A DNA stretch of 41,699 bases from an uncultured Oscillospiraceae bacterium (lineage in GTDB: Bacteria; Bacillota; Clostridia; Christensenellales; CAG-138), in the NCBI GenBank assembly GCA_964489575.1, contig CAZAZI010000001.1:1-41699 (forward strand), written 5' to 3'. The position numbers and the translations under genes were made by a program. The first letter of the stretch is position 1; each line of letters begins with the position of its first letter. The notes below the pieces were generated by a model. That model did no database searches, was not told where the DNA came from, and worked only from the letters and a program-made list of their open reading frames with translations. This document shows positions 37,283-41,699 of the stretch, in pieces.

Positions 37283-38302
37283 TTATTTGCCGAAGGGGCA
37301 AATGGGATAACGGCAGGGCTTGCAGCCCAGGCAGAGACCGCCGTTGCCCATGGCGGCGATATCCGCGCGGGTCACGGATACATCGGCCAGAATGCGGGGC
37401 AGCAGCAGATCGAACACGGTAGCCCCGGCATACATCACGCAGCCGGGCAGGCCCATGATAGGCAGGCCGTCTTCAAAATAGCCCAAGAGGAACATGGCCC
37501 CGGGAAGCACGGGCGCGCCGTAGGATACGATGCGCGGCCCGCTCTCGCGGATGGCGCCGGGTGTATTATCATCCGGGTCCACGCTCATGCCGCCTGTGCA
37601 AAGGATCATATCCACCCCGGCCGCGCGCGCTTCATGGATGGCGGCCACGATATCGGCCCGCTCATCCCCTGTGTGCGCCCGCAGGGCCACGCTTACGCCA
37701 TAGGCCGCCAGCTTTTCTTCCAGCACAGGCGTGAAGGTATCTTGAATGAGGCCCTTCTTTACCTCGTTGCCCGTGGCCAGCACGGCGGCTCTTTTGCGCA
37801 CAAAGGGCAGCAGCGAAAGAATCGGCGTATCTCCGGCCGCGGCCTCGGCCTGCTCCAGCAAGGATTCGGGCACGGTGAGGGGGATCACCCGCATGCCGGC
37901 AAGCTTGTCCCCCGCATGCGCGGCGGTACCGGCGTGCCGCGTGGCGATGATAATATCGCCGATGAAATTGATGGCGGTGAGCTTTTCTAAATCCGCCCGG
38001 AACAGGCCGTCGATTTCGGCAAAAAGCTCGATCTTGCCCTCCTTTACCTCCCCCCGGGACATATTCGGGCCCCGGGTGATGGCGTAAAGCCGCTCCGCCG
38101 CCTCGTTTTCATGGAGCATGCCGGGCGCCATCTCCCATACGTAGAGGTGCTCCTTGCCCATCGAGAGCAGCATGGGGATATCTTCCGGGCGCACCACATG
38201 GCCCTTACGGAACTGGGCGTCCTTAAATTCCCCTTTGACGATCCGGGTTAGGTCATGGCAAAGCACGTGGCCCACGGCGTCTTCGGTTTTTATTAACTTC
38301 AT
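37283..38302 (-). CDS. molybdopterin-binding (MoeA/MoCF-biosynthesis-like) domain protein with Cys-rich C-terminus
   Basis: MKLIKTEDAVGHVLCHDL... resembles a MoeA N-terminus. The MoCF_biosynth-like core is VLATGNE...DMILCTGGMSVDPDD. The tail is GGLCLGCKPCRYPICPFGK. It lies 38 nt upstream of modA. Confidence 0.7.
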   Translation of the reverse strand: MKLIKTEDAVGHVLCHDLTRIVKGEFKDAQFRKGHVVRPEDIPMLLSMGKEHLYVWEMAPGMLHENEAAERLYAITRGPNMSRGEVKEGKIELFAEIDGLFRADLEKLTAINFIGDIIIATRHAGTAAHAGDKLAGMRVIPLTVPESLLEQAEAAAGDTPILSLLPFVRKRAAVLATGNEVKKGLIQDTFTPVLEEKLAAYGVSVALRAHTGDERADIVAAIHEARAAGVDMILCTGGMSVDPDDNTPGAIRESGPRIVSYGAPVLPGAMFLLGYFEDGLPIMGLPGCVMYAGATVFDLLLPRILADVSVTRADIAAMGNGGLCLGCKPCRYPICPFGK

Positions 38303-38623
38303 ACTTAACGTTCCTTTGCAAAGTTCGTTATGCTAAGAATACCATTATTCTCCCCTGAACACAACGCTTACTTCCCATGTATAGATAAATTCTATAAATT
38401 CAGAAATTCAATCGAGAGCAAATCCCCAAATCCACTTGCTTTTCCGCTCCATCCGCATATACGCAATAACAGAACCCAAGGAGGGCGCGCCATGACCAAC
38501 GAAGAGAAAGTATTGACGGCCTAGAAGAGGAAGTCAAGTTGCTGAAAATCGTCAGCCAGACGGGCAAGGAGTTGCCAGCGCGCAAGAAAGCGCAGTAGCG
38601 CCATACTATCCGAAGCCAACGCC

Positions 38624-38656
38624 AAGGCGCGCAGGTAAAAACCCGCGCGCCTTTTG
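38624..38656 (+). terminator. plus-strand terminator-like hairpin following a tiny plus-strand ORF
   Basis: AAGGCGCGC (38624-38632) pairs with GCGCGCCTT (38645-38653), followed by TTTT. Confidence 0.45.
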
Positions 38657-38659
38657 ATA

Positions 38660-38695
38660 TGCAAAAGGCCCGGCGCTCTGCTTTCACCGGGCCTT
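38660..38695 (-). terminator. intrinsic terminator of the dipeptidase gene
   Basis: Minus strand AAGGCCCGG pairs with CCGGGCCTT (9 bp), followed by TTTTGC. Confidence 0.6.
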
Positions 38696-38712
38696 GATGG
38701 CGGGTATATGGC

Positions 38713-40068
38713 CTATTCGCAAGCCAGGGCCAGTATCGCGTCGGCGATCATGCAGGCGTCGTCGATGAGATTATCCAGGGGAATGAATTCATCCACCTGG
38801 TGGATGCGGTTATCGAGTCCGGGGCGCTCGCAGCCAAAGGCCACGGCATTGGGGATACAGCGGGCATAGGTGCCGCCGCCGATGGCAAGGGGCTGGGGGT
38901 CGGCCTCGCCGGTGCGAGCCTTGTAAACCGCAAGCAGCTTTTGCACCAGCTCGCTTTCGGCGGCCACGGCATGGCCGGGCTGCTTGTGCGAGCCCGTGAG
39001 CACGAAGCCGCCCGGGGCCAACGCGGCGGCGATCTTAGCCGCGGTCTCCTCGATATCGAGGCTCAGAGGCAGGCGCAAATCAAGGCAAAGGTCGTTTATG
39101 CCTTCTTCATTCCAATCCAGCATGGCCACGTTGCAGGTGGTGCGGCCGGAAATATCGCTTACATCCACGCCCAGGCTCTCGCCGTGCAGCTCCCTGCCAA
39201 AGCAGCCGTTCAGCAGCCTGATAATTTCGCCGTCCTTGCCGCCAAGGGGCAGCCGGCTCAGCAGGGCCAGCAGAGCCTGCAAGGCGTTATCGCCCTGCTC
39301 GGGCGTAGCCGCGTGGGCGCTGCGGCCACGGATAGTGAGGCGGCATCCCTCGGCTGTGCGCTCGCAGGTAACGGGAAGGTCATGCACGCGGGGGGCCACC
39401 TGCTCGGAGGTCAGCGGCAGCTCGGCCACGGCCTTATCCGGCACCACATTGGCCTTAACGCCGGCCTTAAGGCGAAGCTCGGAGGCGAATTTGGATGCGA
39501 AGTGCAGGTGGCAAATGCCCTTTTCGCTATTGACCAAGGGGTATTCCGCATCCGGTGAGAAGGCCATATCCGGCAGCTTTTGCACCTTGGCGTAGTGTTC
39601 CATGCAGCCCCAGCCGCTCTCCTCATCGCAGCCCAGGAGGATGCGAACCCGGCGGCGGAACTTCGCGCCGCTGTTCTTCACGGCCGCCAAGGCATAGAGC
39701 GCGGCCACGGCGGGGCCTTTGTCGTCCATCGCGCCCCGGCCATAGAGGATACCGTTCTCGATCTGCGCTTCATAAGGAGGGTGCCGCCAGCCTTCGCCTG
39801 CGGATACCACATCCAGGTGCGCCAGCACGCCCAGCTCTTCCGCCCCCTCGCCAGCCTCGGCATAGCCGATGTAGCCGTGGAGATCGTGGGCCTCAAGGCC
39901 CAGCCCGCGGGCCAGATCCAGCGCTGCGGCCAGGCAGTCCCGCACAGCCGCGCCAAAGGGCGCGCCGGGGGCTGCTGCGCCCTTGGCGCTGGGGAAGCGG
40001 ATTAGGTTTTGAAGGGAGGCGATCAGCGCATCCCGGTTATCATGCAGCCATTGATCCGTTTGTTTCAT
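38713..40068 (-). CDS. M20-family dipeptidase (PepV/Sapep-like)
   Basis: AAAAGGAGGAATACCACC RBS. HLDVVSAGEGW, GRGAMDDKGP, GCDEESGW. 451 aa. Confidence 0.85.
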   Translation of the reverse strand: MKQTDQWLHDNRDALIASLQNLIRFPSAKGAAAPGAPFGAAVRDCLAAALDLARGLGLEAHDLHGYIGYAEAGEGAEELGVLAHLDVVSAGEGWRHPPYEAQIENGILYGRGAMDDKGPAVAALYALAAVKNSGAKFRRRVRILLGCDEESGWGCMEHYAKVQKLPDMAFSPDAEYPLVNSEKGICHLHFASKFASELRLKAGVKANVVPDKAVAELPLTSEQVAPRVHDLPVTCERTAEGCRLTIRGRSAHAATPEQGDNALQALLALLSRLPLGGKDGEIIRLLNGCFGRELHGESLGVDVSDISGRTTCNVAMLDWNEEGINDLCLDLRLPLSLDIEETAAKIAAALAPGGFVLTGSHKQPGHAVAAESELVQKLLAVYKARTGEADPQPLAIGGGTYARCIPNAVAFGCERPGLDNRIHQVDEFIPLDNLIDDACMIADAILALACE

Positions 40069-40142
40069 GGTGGTATTCCTCCTTTTGTCGGTAGTATGAT
40101 AAATGCGGGGCAGATTTAGCCCGTTGCCAGTTTTGCGCCCGG

Positions 40143-41009
40143 CTAGTTAAAGGAGCCGAAGCCCCGGCCAACGACCTCTTGCGTCTCAATGATGGAGAAG
40201 AGGGCGTGCGGATCTTGCTCCTTAACAATGCGCTTGACCTTGGCCAGCTCCACAGAGCGCACGATGCAATAGACCAGCTTGCGGGGCGCGCCCGTATAGG
40301 CCCCTTCCGCGTGGATATAGGTGATGCCCCTGTGCAGTTCGCTCAGCACCAGCGGCGCGATCTCATCCCACTTTTCCGAGATGATGAAGAGGGTGTTCAC
40401 CCGGTTGAGGCCGCGCAGGGCGGCATTAAAGGCCACGTTGCAGATGAACATGGCGATCATGGAGACCAGCGCCAGCTCCAACCCGCGCAAAAAGCCCAGC
40501 AGGCTCATAATGACCAGGTTGAAGCAAATGCTCACCGTGCCCATGGGAATGGAATAGCGGCGGCTGAGGATGGCGGAAATGATATCCGTGCCCCCCATGG
40601 TGGCGTCCCGCTTGATGACCCACGCGCCGGAAAAGCCGATGATCGACGCCCCTGCGGCGGCGGAAACCAAGGGGTTTTGCACGCCGAAATCCCAGCCCGC
40701 GGTGATCGTCATGGCGACGGAGAACATCAGCGAGGCCGCGATGCTAAAGAGGATGCTCTTGGGCCGCAGAAATTTGATCCCCACCAGGCAGATGGGGATA
40801 TTCATGCCGATGATGACCATCCACATGGGCACGCCCGTCATATAATTGGCCAGCATGGCTACGCCCGTTACGCCGCCGGAGAGGAACCCGTGCGGCACAT
40901 AAAAGCCCGTAAGGGCCGAGGCATGAATCATGCACACCAGAGCGATGATCAGCAGGGTAATGGTGTCCTCCTTCGGATCAAACTTAAACGCTTGCTTTTT
41001 CTTCTCCAT
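40143..41009 (-). CDS. YitT-family membrane protein (DUF2179 C-terminal domain)
   Basis: Five to six TM segments with GGVTG and GGTDI motifs. Soluble C-terminal domain ...LVYCIVRSVELAKVKRIVKEQDPHALFSI... Confidence 0.8.
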   Translation of the reverse strand: MEKKKQAFKFDPKEDTITLLIIALVCMIHASALTGFYVPHGFLSGGVTGVAMLANYMTGVPMWMVIIGMNIPICLVGIKFLRPKSILFSIAASLMFSVAMTITAGWDFGVQNPLVSAAAGASIIGFSGAWVIKRDATMGGTDIISAILSRRYSIPMGTVSICFNLVIMSLLGFLRGLELALVSMIAMFICNVAFNAALRGLNRVNTLFIISEKWDEIAPLVLSELHRGITYIHAEGAYTGAPRKLVYCIVRSVELAKVKRIVKEQDPHALFSIIETQEVVGRGFGSFN

Positions 41010-41177
41010 GGGTTATCTTGCCGGGGCCTCAGCCCCGCCTTTCTATCATAAATCATACAGCATAATTATATCTTATGCCGAAGGGAAAGTATACAGCATT
41101 GCTTTTCTTTTGTGGGAGGATTTGGCGCGAGTTCACAAAAACTTCATGCCAAGGGGCCGCCGGCCGGGCGGCCCCTG

Positions 41178-41206
41178 TTGAAAGAAAGGGAAGGGATCGC
41201 TATAAT
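41178..41206 (+). promoter_or_regulatory. consensus sigma-A promoter abutting the uppP start codon
   Basis: TTGAAA (41178-41183), 17-nt spacer, TATAAT (41201-41206). ATG lies at 41213, only 6 nt after the -10 box. Confidence 0.6.
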
Positions 41207-41212
41207 AGACCT

Positions 41213-41699
41213 ATGAGTATTTTTCTTGCTATGCTGCTGGGCCTGGTGCAGGGCCTATGCGAGTTTTTGCCCGTGTCCAGCTCGGGCCATCTGGTGCTGC
41301 TGCAAAACATTTTCGGCGTGGAAGAGGGCGCGCTCTTCTTTGACACCATGCTGCACGTAGGCACCCTCTTCGCCGTGTTCGCCGTTTACTGGCGCTCCAT
41401 CTGGGAGATGCTGCGCCATCCCTTTCAAAAAAAGGTGGGCATGCTGCTGCTCGCCACCGCAATCACAGCCGTGCTGGCCGTGCTTTGCAAAGACTTCATT
41501 TCGGCAGCCTATGAGGGGACCTTCCTGGGCCTGGGCTTTGTAGCCACGGCCTGCATTCTCTATCTGAGCGAGCGCGCCCTTGGCGTGCGCGCGAAAGCAA
41601 GCCACAGCATAGAAGCGATGACGGCAAAAAGCGCCCTGGGCATTGGCCTCATGCAGGGGGTCGCCATCCTGCCCGGCATCTCCCGCAGCGGCTCCACCA
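41213..41699 (+). CDS. uppP: undecaprenyl-diphosphate phosphatase (BacA/UppP), 5' portion; runs off the window
   Basis: My own translation: MSIFLAMLLGLVQGLCEFLPVSSSGHLVLL...LMQGVAILPGISRSGST. It contains both hallmark motifs, EFLPVSSSGH and PGxSRSG. It is absent from the ORF track because no stop occurs within the window. Confidence 0.9.
   Translation, partial: MSIFLAMLLGLVQGLCEFLPVSSSGHLVLLQNIFGVEEGALFFDTMLHVGTLFAVFAVYWRSIWEMLRHPFQKKVGMLLLATAITAVLAVLCKDFISAAYEGTFLGLGFVATACILYLSERALGVRAKASHSIEAMTAKSALGIGLMQGVAILPGISRSGST

Noticed and set aside
38303-38520. Moco (molybdenum cofactor) riboswitch upstream of the molybdopterin-protein/modABC operon.
   Set aside because: The minus-strand leader contains CCCUCC and GGAGCGGAAAAGC strings. 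I could not build the conserved multi-stem architecture from it, and the CCCTCC is simply the complement of the plus-strand SD. This needs a covariance-model search before it can be claimed.
41055-41099. 9-nt direct repeat ATACAGCAT (41055-41063 and 41091-41099) in the YitT/uppP divergent region.
   Set aside because: It is a single pair of short repeats with no dyad or helical phasing argument. It could easily arise by chance in an AT-richer intergenic stretch.

Overview
41.7-kb high-GC chromosomal window. It looks like a Gram-positive anaerobe of the Clostridia type: strong AGGAGG-like Shine-Dalgarno sites, lipoprotein signal peptides with Pro/Ala-rich linkers, and a desulfoferrodoxin gene. 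This taxonomic guess is inference only. I recognised no rRNA, tRNA, CRISPR array, transposase, integrase or phage gene. Contents in order: (1) The 3' end of a methyl-accepting chemotaxis protein (MCP) gene. (2) A three-gene c-di-GMP signalling operon: Cache-type hybrid histidine kinase with REC and Hpt, then REC-HD-GYP, then PAS/GAF/PAS-GGDEF-HD-GYP. (3) About 1.1 kb of non-coding DNA with a GC-rich structured tail, an intrinsic terminator and a very AT-rich repeat-bearing island. (4) A LysR regulator and an orphan carbamate kinase. (5) A multi-TM histidine kinase with an OmpR-type regulator. (6) An uncharacterised TIM-barrel-like protein, desulfoferrodoxin and a small membrane protein. (7) An accessory-looking catabolic island of roughly 18 kb (15.4-34.4 kb). 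Its core is a 12-gene minus-strand operon: PdxA-family dehydrogenase, 2-hydroxyacid dehydrogenase, DUF1537 four-carbon acid-sugar kinase, a DHDPS-family enzyme, Fe-alcohol dehydrogenase, a five-gene Liv-type ABC importer and two more DHDPS-family genes. It also has a convergent FAH-FAH-SDR operon, a second 2-hydroxyacid dehydrogenase, a PrpR-type regulator that appears to lack the GAFTGA sigma-54 contact loop, and an AEC permease. (8) A molybdopterin-binding protein plus modABC operon. (9) An M20 dipeptidase, a YitT-family membrane protein and the 5' part of uppP, which sits behind an apparently leaderless consensus promoter. The catabolic island is the most promising candidate for something undescribed. 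It uses known enzyme families in duplicate, in a combination and with a transporter and regulator that match no characterised pathway I know. All functional calls rest on reading the supplied translations for family motifs; no database search was run.
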